Assembly: GCA_965645245.1 (NCBI GenBank)
Contig: OZ287068.1
Coordinates: forward strand, 744,001 to 808,000
Reading direction: 5' to 3'
Length of the DNA: 64,000 nt
Origin: Massalongia carnosa
Lineage: Eukaryota
Under the pieces are notes generated by a model that was given only the letters and a program-made list of their open reading frames with translations, searched no databases and had not been told where the DNA came from. Of the stretch, positions 47,733 through 60,628 are shown piece after piece (position 1 is the stretch's first letter; every line of letters starts with the position of its first letter). The translations under genes were made by a program, and so were the position numbers.

Positions 47733-50456
47733 ATGAGCTCTCTTATTTCCGATCAGCTTCAAAATTTCGGCTGCGAAGCACCAGATTCGCTCGAGATGAC
47801 CCACCTTTCGCAACACGATCGCACCATTATCGTAGAGCATCCTTTGGACGACTCCCTAGATCATCTACAAGATATACTTCGAAAAGCAGAGCAGTCTTAT
47901 CAGCTGGATACGATTTCTTATGATGGAGCTGTTGACAGGACCGACCAAGGACTTCAAATGGCAACGTCAAGGCTTCTCGGTGCTTTGCTTGGATCAGAAG
48001 CAGCCGGTCATCTTCACTCAAAGATTGGAAATCGAGATATAGCTTCTGACTTACTAGCGGTCCGCAAACGCCTCCAGAAGTGTGACTTCAACTACGAACA
48101 CTACCGTGCGCTATCACGATTTTTTATCAAGAAGGTATCGGACGTCGAAATCTGGAACGCCGTCTTCAATCTCATAACCACTCTTTCCCGGATAAGCCCT
48201 CCAGCAAGCATCCCCCCCTCATTCGACGGGACGCCCATCACGCATTCCTCCGCCTCGCAACAAGGTAGCGAGCAGACCAAAGATTTATTGGAAGGACCAC
48301 TCTTTCACGAAATCAAAAATTGTACATACTGAGGGGTTGACGGATTCTTCTCGAAGTATTTTGAAGGCAAAGAGTGGAGTGAACGAGGCAAAGAGATATA
48401 CAATGCCATGAAGAGCCGGCATATCGACGGGCGATGGAGCGACTTCCCAAGTCCACCAGAGGAAAATGCCGTATGGGAATGGCTACGCCGTTTTCAGGAG
48501 GAGTTTCTGTCTGAAGCACAAGGCATCTACTACAAAACCCTAAGTACCAAAGACCTTACTGGTGCTGAAGCCCGACGCCAGCTTGACCTCTTCATCAAGC
48601 AACGAGGCGATACGGCCAGTGCGATACACGACTGGAAGGACGTTCAAGTGATTGGCGAACTTAGAGTATCTAATAAAGAGTGGATGACGAAGCTGCTCCA
48701 GCTCAGCAGGTACGTGCGCGACGTCTTTTTTACTCAGCCAACCCGCCGGTTCGTCCATTGTTTTACTATCTTGGGGATGACCATGGAACTCTGAGTGTTC
48801 GATCGGTCTGGTCCCTACAGCTCAGGTGAATTCGATATCCACAAAGAACCCGAGCAATTCATCCGAGCTATTACAGGCTACGCCATGATGAGCGACGAAG
48901 AGCTGGGCTTGGACACATTTGTTGAGCGGGATGGAGGAGATCTATTCATAACCATCACGGAAGATGCTACTAGAGACGAAAAGAGACTTCAGCTGGTGTC
49001 AGATCCGCTTGTCGTGCAACGAGCCATTATTTGTCGAGGAACAAACTGCTATCGCACCAAGGATTCGAAATCTGTCGCAAGATTCGCATGGGCATCCGAC
49101 AAACGGCCATCAGAGGTAGATCTTCTCAGGATGGCACACCGGAAAGGTGTAAAAGGAGTTGCAAGATTATTAGGTTACCATCGCATAACCAGCATCAAGG
49201 ATATGCGTGACGGATTAATCTTTCCCACTCCGTATCACTTCCGGAATACCTCGCCAAAAGCTTCGTTGTCTTTCTCGCAATCACAATCACAGCAGCTACT
49301 TTCTCAATCTTTTGGGCCGCTCCAACGCTTGAGCTTCGCCGAGACTTCTCCGAGGACCTCTTCGAAGAAACGAAAATCTACGGACCACGAAGCACAGTCT
49401 TCAAAAAGGTCAAGATCCAACAGTCAGTCGAAACTACGCCAGGAACACAAAGCGACAGAAGCCCCAGAGAATGCACGAACAACTGAACGAAAAGCTGTTG
49501 ATAACGAAGCAACGCTGTTCAAAAAGCCAACATCCGTCAATCAAAGATCGAAATCCCATCAGGAAGTGTCGCAAGCTCCGAATGATGCACGTTCAAGGAA
49601 ACGGAAGTCGCAGGACAACGAAGAAAAGTCTTTAAAGCGGTCGAGATCCAACAGTCAAACATCGAGCCAACACCAGGAGAACGAAGCGTCACAAGCTCTT
49701 GTGAGCACACAAGCCTCGAGTTTTTATGACCTAGGTGATGGATCATTTAAGCAACGCCTGTTCGGCTGCCTGGCTATCTCCCCGGCCGGACAAAAAATCA
49801 GTAAATTCGACTCGATCCCGCAACTATTAATGGCGCTCCGCGACGCAATTAAGGCGCATAGGTCCTTATATTTTGATGGAAACATTTTGCACAGAGACAT
49901 CTCGGAAAATAACATTATTATAACAGATCCAGAGAAGGCCGATGGCTTTACTTGGATGCTGATCGATTTAGACCTTGCCATTCAAGTCGATGGCGGGCGA
50001 ACCGGCGCACGGCAAAAGACAGGCACAATGGAATTCATGGCGATCGAGGTGCTACGTGAATTTGATCATACTTATCGGCATGACCTTGAGTCGTTCTTCT
50101 ACGTGCTTATATGGATCTGCGCTCGGCGTGCGTGGGAAAGGGAATTCAAGTGCAAGCTGTTGGATCGACCCAAAGAAAGTATGCTGACGGATTGGTACAC
50201 GGGCAGCTACAAGCAAATAGCTCAAAGGAAAAGGGATGCTATGGGTGTTACTGGATTTGAGGAACTATTAGATGAATTTCCGTGGGTATTCGATTGTCTC
50301 AAACCTCTTTGCAGAGAGATACGGGGTACCCTGTTCCCGTATCGGGATGGGCTGTTTATCGGAACCCCACCGGATCCAGAGGAGTTGTATGGTCCTATCA
50401 ATCGTGCATTTGATGAGGCTATAATTAAGATAGCCAGCGCAGGGGGTTCGGGATAG
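47733..50456 (+). pseudogene. Fungal-specific protein kinase FunK1/Bgt_EKA-like (Pkinase_fungal) with two in-frame TGA stops
   Basis: Three ORFs in one frame; HDWKDVQVIGEL, QPTRRFVH, MEL*VFDRSGPYS, MSDEELGLD, ILHRDISENN, LIDLDLA, TGTMEFMAIE, HTYRHDLESFFY. Confidence 0.9.
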
Positions 50457-52516
50457 CTAAGAATTCGCCTTTTTACATACCAAATGTATATTTGCATCCT
50501 GTTTTAGAGGATGGAGGTGATTCAAGTAGACGTGCAATCACATATTACACTCATCGAACAGTATACAATAACATTGGCGGTTCAATTTAAGCTACTCCGT
50601 ATTCGGCTTTGACCTTGCTGGTGTTGATTGCAACTCGCGATTAGATCTAATATTCATATCAATTGAAACTGCACACAGCCATATGCTTCTCGAGGTTTCT
50701 GTGAACGAGAAATCGTGACCCTTTTCGAGTTTCACACTAGGAATCGCAATAATATTCTTAGCAATTAATGCAAATACTTCACCGTCTGCTATTTGTAGTC
50801 ATTTACTAGTGGCGCAGAGGCGCTCTGGGGAATAGAGCTTACATCAGCGAGAAGTCCTCGGAGTAAATTATTGTACAATCACTTATGCAGCCGCCTAGTT
50901 TCTTCTCTATTTACTGTGTCAAATACGAAAGACGCCTATTAGAGCTGGATGAGTCTTCAGAAATGGATGTCGCCAATGGGTATCCGAAACAAGATCCCAA
51001 GCTCCTACCTCCATTTCTGGCTGCCCTCCACCTTTGCTTCGTCCTTTCTCTGGACTTTTCAGGGTCTACTGCACTCCTACGTTCGTTCACTTTTTTCTTC
51101 GCCTCGTCGATCTGGCTTTTTACCTTTCTTTCCTTATCGACCGACCTACTGTGCAAAGACCGATCCCATACCAAGGTAGAAATCTTAACATGGTAGAGCC
51201 TTTGGAACTCTGGTAAGAATGGTCCGTCTAAAAAAAAAGCTATTGCTAAACTATTTTCTTAAGGCCACACTCGCCGACGAAGCCAACATTGAGGACGAGG
51301 TACCAGACATTGAACACGAGAAGGCAACAGATATTAAAGACGAGGCAGCAACAAACATTGAAGACAGGGGCAATAGGAACGAGATTCCGCGAATAAACAC
51401 GCTGCAGGTTCAGCATGTACTGCTGCAAGGGCCGAAGACCTCAGACCAATCTTCGAGGTCTATAATGGGGCAGCTATCCCATCTTCAATCCTGCTAGGCA
51501 CTGCAGCTTCACCGAAATCTAGCAATAGCCTCGCCGCGTTTTTCTCCCACACCTCGCTTTTATGTGTCAAGGCCCTGAATTGCTTTGTTCCAGGTGTCGT
51601 CTGTACTATTATTTGAATTATCTTTCTCAATGATAAGACGGCTCACAAATTTCGTGCGTATGTATAACTCAGCTGCTCCTGGATCGATCCCATGGTACGT
51701 AAGACATCGAGCTGGATACGGTCTACCGCGGGCTTTCTCGTCAACTAAGCCCTCACATGGTCCGAAGGAGGTCACTAGTGAAGCTGAAGGCAACGCCTAG
51801 ATCGACCTTAAGAGCGAGTGTGGGTGGGAAACGAGGCTAAGGCCAGCGGGTGGGATGAAGCTGAATGCAACGCTTAGATCGACCTTAAGCTGTAAGAGCG
51901 AGGTGTGGTTGGAGAACGAGGCTATGGTCAGGGTGGGATACACCTCTTGATACGGAAGGCATGATGCATTTTCCCACATAGATCCTCGATCTCATGATGT
52001 TGGGATGTACGGCTTCTTTGTGGGCTGGCGACCATCAAAGCGCTTGGTTACAATATGACACATTGATGCTCCGCATCGAGCGTGCTCTCCGGAAATTCGT
52101 GGCGCTCCGATGTGGTGTGGATGGACAACGGGACACACTTATCTCCTCACATACAAAGAGTCACTAATGAAGAGTTTGTAAAGCTCAACATGCGAAAGAA
52201 ACTACGACAAAATCGTGAGCGAGGCTACTACAACGAAGCTCGGATCCTCAGCAAGGAAGTCATCAAACAGCGAGAGAGAAAAGAAGTAGAAAAAGCTAGG
52301 GCAAAAGAGTCGGACACAATATTGCTGGGACTACGAAAACTTTGGGAACGCCGAAGGGCTATTACACAGTTAAAAAGGCCCCAAAATTACCTTCCAAAAG
52401 GCTGCAAATCAAAACCCATACCGCATCTGAATCACCGGCCAAAAAGGGGGCCCAAAAGACGTCTAAGTCATCCCAGGAAGCTAGCTGGAAGAGTAACGTG
52501 AGGGCGATTAGAAGAC

Positions 52517-52550
52517 TTAGGTTCGATCCCTAGCGCTGCCATTTAATTTT
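52517..52550 (+). other. Isolated tRNA-like 3' half (T-arm, acceptor strand, T-rich terminator)
   Basis: TTAGG-TTCGATC-CCTAG hairpin, then CGCTGCCA and TTTAATTTTT; no complementary 5' acceptor strand upstream. Confidence 0.4.
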
Positions 52551-53120
52551 TGCCTCGACATTCCAAAATTGCCTCAATTTTGACCCCTGTATATTGCCAA
52601 GACTGCCAAGACTGCGCGGTTGACCCATAAACCCTCCTAATCCTAAAAGGCTCTAGTACCGAATGTGCATGATTTTGTTAGGCGAGGAGAGTCCTATTTT
52701 GGATTAACCTATTGTGGTCGGAGGCCCTCCGTGTGAGCCGTTGCGTGCGCCTGGCCGCTGCATATGCCAGGGAAGCGTATTTTTTAATTTTTTTATTCAT
52801 TAAGCGTATGCATCCTTAGGATATGACGCTGTGACTGCTATTTATGTACATAAAAAACAGTCAGGAAGTGGAAACCTGGCCCCCAGGGTAAAACCACTCC
52901 CTTTTATTCCATATTGAACGCAACGAGATCGTTCTTCTACCACGCGGTGCATACACCCAGATCTTCAAGCGCTAGGAATCCTGTAGACCCGATGAACTAG
53001 ACAGTGTATCTCCACACGTTCGACGAACATTCTCTCTCTTTAACCGTTTTGGCTCAATAGATGATAGACTGGCCATGATCGAGGGCAGATCGTGGTGTCG
53101 TATAAATGAAGATGTGAAAA

Positions 53121-53338
53121 TGTGGCCATTCCGAATGAATGGGCTTTTTCGATGAGGTGAGAGGCTTCCGCCGGGGGGGTGTGGCCATTCCGACTGAATG
53201 GACTTTTTCGATGAGGTGAAAGGCTTCCGCCTGGGGGGTGTGGCCATTTCGACTAAATGGGCTTTTTCGATGAGGCTTTTTCGATGAGGTGAAAGGCTTC
53301 CGCCTGAGGGGTGTGGCCATTCCGAATGAATGGGCTTT
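53121..53338. repeat. Tandem array of ~59-bp units (three full plus one partial)
   Basis: TGTGGCCATT starts at 53121, 53180, 53239 and 53312; the third unit has an internal 14-bp duplication. Confidence 0.92.
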
Positions 53339-53652
53339 GTATGCCTTCGAAGTAGTGAATGATCAGTAGAGACGTTGATCATTCAAACGGCCACCGAGGT
53401 GGGCTTCAGCGTTGGCGATGATCAGATATTGGCCACCTCCGAGGAGGTGTTGATAGCCTGCACCACGTAGAAGTTTCTGACCTAGCAGGCCCAGGGAAGC
53501 GTATCTACCATGAGGAAAGTTCGATGTGCAATTGCAAGTGACCATCGTAAATGAGCCTCCTGCAATTCTAGAGATCTCAAACTAGGTAATGACTGGGAAG
53601 CAAACCCTTCCCTTCATCGATTCAGCAGAAAAGGAACACTATCAACCAAATA

Positions 53653-54514
53653 CTACGACAAAGCCTTGGGTCTCGACGTGGACCGAGACCTGGTTCGGGT
53701 ACGACGTCTGACTTCAAGAACAAGAAGGAACTCATGGCCATCATGCAATTCACCAAGAGGCCAGTCTACCATATCTCGCACCCATGCCAGGGCTTCAAGC
53801 GGTTCGGTATGGTCGACCCAAAAGCCAGTATTAACATTTGATACAAGTCCGCTGGCGTCCTCGGGGTTGAAGAGACTACCGCTGAGTTTAGCATCTTTGA
53901 TATAGCGTATTGGGGACGCTTTCATAATCTTTTCCGCATGTTCCTTGATAAAGCCAAGTCGAACTGTGTTGATGGAGCCTATAATATTCAGTGTTGGATT
54001 CACAAGTGGTAGTGGTATGAGCTTACTTCCAAATGCTTTGGCAGCAGCCAAGCAAGCAGCTGGATGAGAGCTCATAAGGCCGTAGATATCATCGTCATCA
54101 TGCCTGAGCTGATTTAAGAGACACATTGCAAGTCCTCGCTCTCGATAGTCTTGATGTACTACGAGCTGAGTAACCCAACATATAGTTTTGTTATCGTATG
54201 CCCAGCGGCAAGCGAACGCGTTACCAGCAAGGTGGCCATCGACGGTCACCCTCACGTAAGAACATGTGGCGTCGTCGGGTAGGTATTCCGCTCGAAGTCT
54301 TCCCTTACTGAGTCGTACGTGACTACCTTATGTTCTTCAGCAGGCAAACAAAATCGGTGAGAGATAACTTACCAGCCTTTGCAAACTTGCCTACCACCTG
54401 TACAGCGTGCTCGCCCCAAACGCCGTATTGCTCACTGAAGAGCTGTGAGGCTTCCTGAAGCATGCCCTCCGTGACCTGACTTCTATCAAAGTTTTCAAAC
54501 ACTTGCTTCTCCAT
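53653..54514 (-). CDS. GNAT-like acetyltransferase domain protein, apparently intact, spliced
   Basis: LFSEQYGVWG, intron from 54372, GHLAGNAFACRW..ICWVTQLVVHQDYRERGLAMCLL (GNAT motif A-like), GFWVDHTEP, WPLGELHDGHEF. Confidence 0.7.
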
Positions 54515-54676
54515 CTTCGAACGTCTGTTTCGTGTGCGTCTTCTAGGCTCAATAGACAGTTTATCAGGTAGTGCGGAGAATGCGACGGATTTGCGCGGTA
54601 CTTTCGATGTTCTCATCACGGGAGGCGAAAGGATCCTAAGCACATTATTACATATGAGTAGTGTCCATTTTCAAAT

Positions 54677-57142
54677 GGGAATCAATACCGGGACACCCCT
54701 TTTCACTACCTTGACACCCCCAAGGAAGCTAACCAAATCGGGTATAAATTTCCCTCGGGCGGCAGAAATAACTCGAGAAAACATGCTCGATTTGATGAAT
54801 TCAGGTGTGTTTTAGACAGTCGTTTGATGCTTTCTCGATGATTGTTTCATTGAATTGGGCTTCATTTCGTGTTTACATTTGAAAGGCCTGGAGCAAACCC
54901 ACTCCATCTACTTCAATCGATTGAATAGCTTCACCGGAGGCCACCCCTTCACCTTGTGACTGCCCTCTGCCCCGTCCTCGCCCTCGCCCTCGCCCTCGCC
55001 CCCGCCCTCGCCCCCGCCCTCGCCTCGGAGGCCCATTCAACACCTCCTCGACATGTTCGAACCCTGATAACTCCCGTTGGGTAGAGTTATCAGCCTCCCG
55101 TTAAGCTCTTTCCGATTGTAAACGCATCGCGATTGACGGACGCCCTTGGGGTCGGGCTACTACCTCGGGGTCGCGCACCAATAGCAAAGGATCGATGACA
55201 TTTGGAGGTGGTGATTCGTGGCGATAATAAGCCCGATCAAGGGGGCGCTGAAACCACCATTTGATGTGAATGTCGTCGCGCTGAAGCACATTGGGGGCCG
55301 GGCCAGAAAGCCGAACCTAATTGCAATAGAATTAGTACGTTTCAGGGCTATTTCCTTCAGTTTATCAACTTTCCTGGATTTTATGAGCACATGGTAGCCC
55401 CATTGTTGCTCGAAATGCCCCGGTGCATAATGAAAGAGGGGTCTTTTGATCCAAAAGACGTTCGTACTGACTATGCACCTTCAACAATGCAAAAGGCGTG
55501 ATATAAGCCCTTACATCGCTGTAAAGAGGTCTTCTTAGTCGGGTAGAAAAGCGCATTTTAGCCTCATCCAGTTTTATCACGTACTCTTGATGCTGATTCT
55601 TTAGTAACAAATCAATGTTGTCGACCACCTTTTTGAGATCACCGGTAGAAGATCCCAACTGATGTTTCAAGACAGCATGGCCCCCCTCCACCCTAGAGGT
55701 AGCAATATTGTCGAAATGAAGAACTTTGTCGACGAATGCCTTGACGGATTTTTGTTTATATGGGGCTAGCCATGTGTCTACCAGATACTGCACTTCCGCT
55801 GAATGATTATGTGAATAAGCATCATTCAGAGCGTCCCAATTGACCTCATATTCCTCTTCAGTCTTTGAATAAACCACCCCATGACACATGCTTTCGAAGG
55901 CCATCCAGTCATCGTCGGAATGAGCTCTATGTCTAAAAACAGGTTTCCAATGCTCCTGAACATTCCTGTGAATATGCCACAAGCATAACAAATGACGTGT
56001 GTCAGGAAACACACTGTAAATAGCGGCCATGAGACCAATGTCTCGATCGGTTACTACTACCTTTGGATAGGAAATACTCAGCATTCGATAAAGAATTTTT
56101 AATTGTTGAAAAAACCAAACATAGTCCTCTTTACGTTCTTGACGAAGAAAGGCAAACCCCAAATAAAATGAGGTGTTTAGGGCCGTTGTTCCCATTGTTG
56201 ATATCAATGGTAATTTGTATCTGTTGGTTTTATAGGTGCAGTCCATGATTAACACGTCGGGGATGGTCATCAGGGTGCTTTGACAGGAATCTTTGCTGCA
56301 ATAAAGATGTGTTATGCGATCGAGATTGTCTTTGAGATAAAACGAATTCCTACTGCAATTTAGTATGTAAAATATTGCATCTTCTCCGTACATACCAATG
56401 AGGCCGATTTAACTCCTGCATCAACGCCTGAATGGGAGTCGTCGTCCTAGTGCCTTGTGTCGAATTTCCGCCTTCGCATTGTAAATATCTTGTCGCTTGA
56501 AAAGAGGATTATTGTCATTTATATCGTCAGTCTGCCCGAGCCGAAGAGACGAAAGGATTTGACTCAGTTTCATTTGCACCTTCATTGCGCGCATAATTTC
56601 ATCAGCTATAGCTGGGGTGATAGCAAGTTTTCTGAGCGATGGATGAGAGCCTTCCACGGTAGCAGAGTGATTGTGGCCTGGATTTCGAATATCGCGAATT
56701 ATCCATTCATCGTCTTTAGACTTGACCACTACAGAGAAAGGACAGTCAATGGTCCTGGAGGTTCCATGTAATCGTTTCTGTCCTCGAGGCTGACGGTCCT
56801 TTCGTCCTCGGTCGCAACAAGTATAACATGTGTCTATCAATCCAGTGGTCGCACACTTTTTGGTGCGAAGCTGGCAGACAGCATACCCCTCAGGGCCTGC
56901 GTGTTTTTGCATGGCGACAAGAAGAAGATTGAGCGATCCATATGTTTCGTTCAGCATGTGGGTGGGAGGGGCAAGATTCATATTGATAGCTGATTGGTTA
57001 ATGTGCATGCAATGACGAATAGAAGATATGAGTGCAGAAATTTTCGAAGTTCCAGCTCCGGAACGGATAAACAGCCCGATTTGGTTAGCTTACTTGGGGG
57101 GTGTTAATGTAGTGAAATGGGGTGTCAAGGTAGTTGATTCCC
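54677..57142 (-). mobile_element. Complete Mutator-like element (MULE), 2466 bp
   Basis: ~67-bp imperfect TIRs GGGAATCAA...AAGCTAACCAAATCGGG; exact 8-bp TSD TTTCAAAT at 54669-54676 and 57143-57150. Confidence 0.9.
54900..56981 (-). pseudogene. MULE transposase (FAR1-like zinc ribbon plus MULE DDE), frameshifted; 3' end approximate
   Basis: CCDRG..CPF..HNH; MDCTYKTNRYKLPL, VVTDRDIGL, LCLWHIHRN, TSRVEGGH, MGLPCAH; split over several frames; GR-repeat tail. Confidence 0.9.
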
Positions 57143-57287
57143 TTTCAAATTCAGGATGGGATGAGGGGCTCGACGCTTAGTCATTATATGTTTCGCCACG
57201 TGCATATCTTGGCACACTCGGTATCTACTAATGGCGCCCTCTCTTTTGAATATGGAGGCGGGACTTTTGAAACCGAACTTTATTGTC

Positions 57288-60200
57288 TTAATTCGGCCCT
57301 TCAAACTCTAAACTTCCCGGTAATACCCAACCTGCCATTGACTCTATCTGGAGTCGCGCAGAATCAAACAAATATGTGCCAACACCAGGTATTAAAAACT
57401 GCGGCATTTTGCCATTAATCACTTCCATAGCATGATTAAAGGCTGCTCTGCTCCCATCTAAATTTCTAAGTTGGAAACGTATGGAGCAAATGAACAGATA
57501 AACCAGACCACAGGTGAAAACCTCCTCTTCGAGAGGGTTGTACTTCCTATTCCAGTTTAAAGCGTCGCTCCAGAGTCCTTCAGCTTGAGATAATGGAGAG
57601 ATCCGTGCCCGGGCGATGAGTGCACGAACATGACCTAGTCGGTCGGTGATATCGGGTTCAGTTAACCTGCTATAGATGCCCAAGACTTCCGTGATCAGAA
57701 TTTCTGCGTTGTTGAATCGACATTGTCTGATTTCGACCTCAATCAAGGCAAGGAGCAAACGTCGGAAGCCCTTCGAGTGCTGGCCACGCGCTTTCAGGCG
57801 CTGAATTTCCAGTTTTATCATCTCTTCGGCGTTATCTAGGAAAGAAATGTCCGGTGCCACGCATTGGTTTAAGTTATTTGAGTTTGATCCTTTGCGTTGC
57901 AAATAGTCCAGTTCGCTGTAAAGATCCGCAAGGCTGGACTTTATAATAACTCGCTGAGATTCACGGAGTCCAACCATCGCGAGACAACGTTCAAAACATT
58001 GCTTTGCTTCGTTGAAGTAGCCTTGTCCTTTGAGCGTCCGGCCAGCGAAGTATACTTGGTCCCAAACCACATCCATATGCCTCTGCGTATGGTTTGTGGG
58101 CGGCTTCCATTTCTGTACTTCTTTGTGTGCTTGGCAGAAGTCGAAGTCGTAGGCATGATTGGTAGCCTGAGAGAGGTGCAGGAGTCCTAAGACAAAATGT
58201 GATCTCAGGTCCGGCTCAGGGCTTAAACGGTTGAGGAATTCTTGTATTTGACGTTTCGAGCCGTATACATTACCTCTGAGGCGTAGCAAAACACTCTGTC
58301 GGTGAACGATTTCAGCCCGTAAAGGTACGTTTCCTGGATCTCTCATCGCCGTGGAGGCCATTGAGAGTAAATGTAGTCTCTTTCCTAGCGTCCCAAATCT
58401 AGAGACTGCTAGCAATTTTTCAACAACGTCATTGCCATAAGGAATCTCCAGGCCTGGCTTAGAGTATTCTCGCAAAAGATGTTCCAGGATGGCTAGCAGC
58501 TTCTTCTCCTCTGGTCCAGGTCTTAAAAAAGAGGTAAGTGACGTAGCCAGCTGAAGGAACGGTCAATAAAACTTACAGTGAATATTCTGTTTGATTGCGG
58601 GACAAAGCGTAGCAAAGTAACTCAAAGGCTTGGTTGGTCCAATATGATTTATTCTGAACGTACTGGGACTGGGCTGACTCCCATCCACATACGTAAGTTT
58701 CCATACCATCCGATTCTTCCACACCAATTGCCGAAAGTGAAACGAGTCGATTGACAGCTGGCCACAATTTCCTCCCATCTGAGAGAAGATCTCTGAGATG
58801 TGCGTGGAGACCAGTATTTTGCGGTGTAGTTTCGTATATCACACCAAGCCTGTTCCATCACTGTTGATATATTGCCCGCTCAAGCATGAATTTTGGGATG
58901 TAACCACCCATGGCGTAGAGTAGCGGTGGTATTAATCTTTCCGGCGATACAACCATACTCCTGTAATCGCTCTCCTGAGTACGTGAGAGGCGTGGATTCG
59001 ATGCCCTGATCGTGGGATAGGAATTGGATGCTAGAGTCGGGTATTAGTTAAGACCTTTACGGAGTCTAGTTGATCTCATCCGAAGTCAGGGGTCCATCAT
59101 TGCTTGGGAAGGAACTTGGCACCAAGACCACGAAATCAAGATCAACTAGAGTGACAGGGGTGCTCTTGAAAGCATGAACTTTGTATATGCTCTCGGCTGA
59201 CTTTGGCACATGATCCGAGGTGTAACCAAGGGCGGCGTATATTTCATCAATCCTAGCTCGTCAGCATTGCCTTTGTTAACGGGCCAGAATCCGTACGAGG
59301 GTTTGTTGGCCGTTATACTGCATGCGTTAAGCAGAGATGCGATAAGACCGGGAATAGTGTACCCAGATCCTAAACAATCGCTGTAATCATGTTTCACAAA
59401 CGCGTCTGTTTTGAGATGTTCGAGAATTGATCGTGAGTTTTCATCGTTCGGGATACGGGCAAGGTAGAAAAGAGATAGGGCGTCTGGGAAAGATGTGAGT
59501 GCAATTTCGCAAGTAGGGAGCTTAGAGAACACACTAATGAAGAACAGTTCTGTGGCCCGATAAATCGTCCAACCATGGCTGACTAGGGCAACAATAATGC
59601 CATTTATCCACAGGGCGCTCTTTAGTAATGCTTCGCGGTCACGCTTCCGGCCGGCGGCAATATGTTGGATTATCCGATCAATGGTGTCGTAAGGAATACC
59701 ACTTTTCCTAAGAACTTCACAGTACGACAGTAAGATGAGAGCTTGGAATTTGGCAAATGATGTCTAGAAGTCGGCGTTTATAAGGGAATCTCTGGTGAGC
59801 AAAGCGAACTTTTCCGCCAAGTCGACAAGTCCGTTCTGTGATTGTTCATCTCTCTGGTGGGGTTGTCTCTTGGGTATAACATTGGCGCGATTAGTGAAAG
59901 CTCGGATGGCCTCCTCGTACTGCTTTACAGTATTTAATTCGAGTTCGGTCTGTCTCTTGCGCCAGTCAGCGGCCTTAGGAGCATTCCGTAGAAACCAAAC
60001 CGCAGCCTCGGTCTTTCGTGACCTTTTTACACCTGGTCTTTTAGGATTTCTGCCTTGGGAAGTGTTTGACGATTGGGGCGTGAGTTGTGTTCTAGGCTCC
60101 TGTGATTCGGGTAGTTGTAGTTCGGGCTGTTGTAGTTCGGGCTGTTGTGGTTCGGGCTGCGACAATCCTTGAGACTCTGATGCGTGTAGAATCTTTCGCT

Positions 60201-60366
60201 TCTTAGCAGAGGGATCACCAGATGAATATCCACGGGGACTGAGAAAAACGTGTGCGTCTGATAAGTCTTGCAGTTGCTGGCTGAAGCCAGGGCAATGTTC
60301 GCAGTGCTGGCGTAGATAATCAAACAGGCCTTTGCGGACTATCACGAAGTCATCATCTACCGCCAT
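57288..60366 (-). pseudogene. Large accessory gene (or two genes) with a C-terminal TPR-like helical region; stops in the 5' and middle parts
   Basis: Open 395-aa C-terminal ORF with TPR-like GRTLKGQGYFNEAKQCFERCL; plausible upstream exons; TAG at 59764-59766 within a continuing reading frame; QPELQ repeats. Confidence 0.5.
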
Positions 60367-60628
60367 CTTTGACAGACGAATGGTTGGGGCAACGGATAAG
60401 ATGATTTCTAAAAAGTTAGTTTATTTCCCATAAAATGTAAATTAGACATACAATTTCTGTTAAAGTCGGCCATTTATCTCCAGACTGATAAATATAGAAC
60501 CTGCCATTCTTGTAAACCCACGTTCCGGCGTCAGCACCGCATAGTCTCGCAAACTGATGTGTTTTTTTAAAGAGAGTATGTCTCCTTCTGTTAGATTGTT
60601 GTAACTTTGATTTTGTTGTAGAAGGCAT
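60357..60628 (-). CDS. Small SRF-type MADS-box-like protein, 44-bp intron 60451-60408
   Basis: NRRRHTLFKKTHQFARLCGADAGTWVYKNGRFYIYQS..WP, then KSSYPLP; GTATGT donor, CTAAC branch site, TAG acceptor. Confidence 0.65.

Noticed and set aside
50885..52501. Short ORFs between FunK1 and the tRNA-like fragment
   Set aside because: Possibly decayed cargo, but no family recognised and multiple stops
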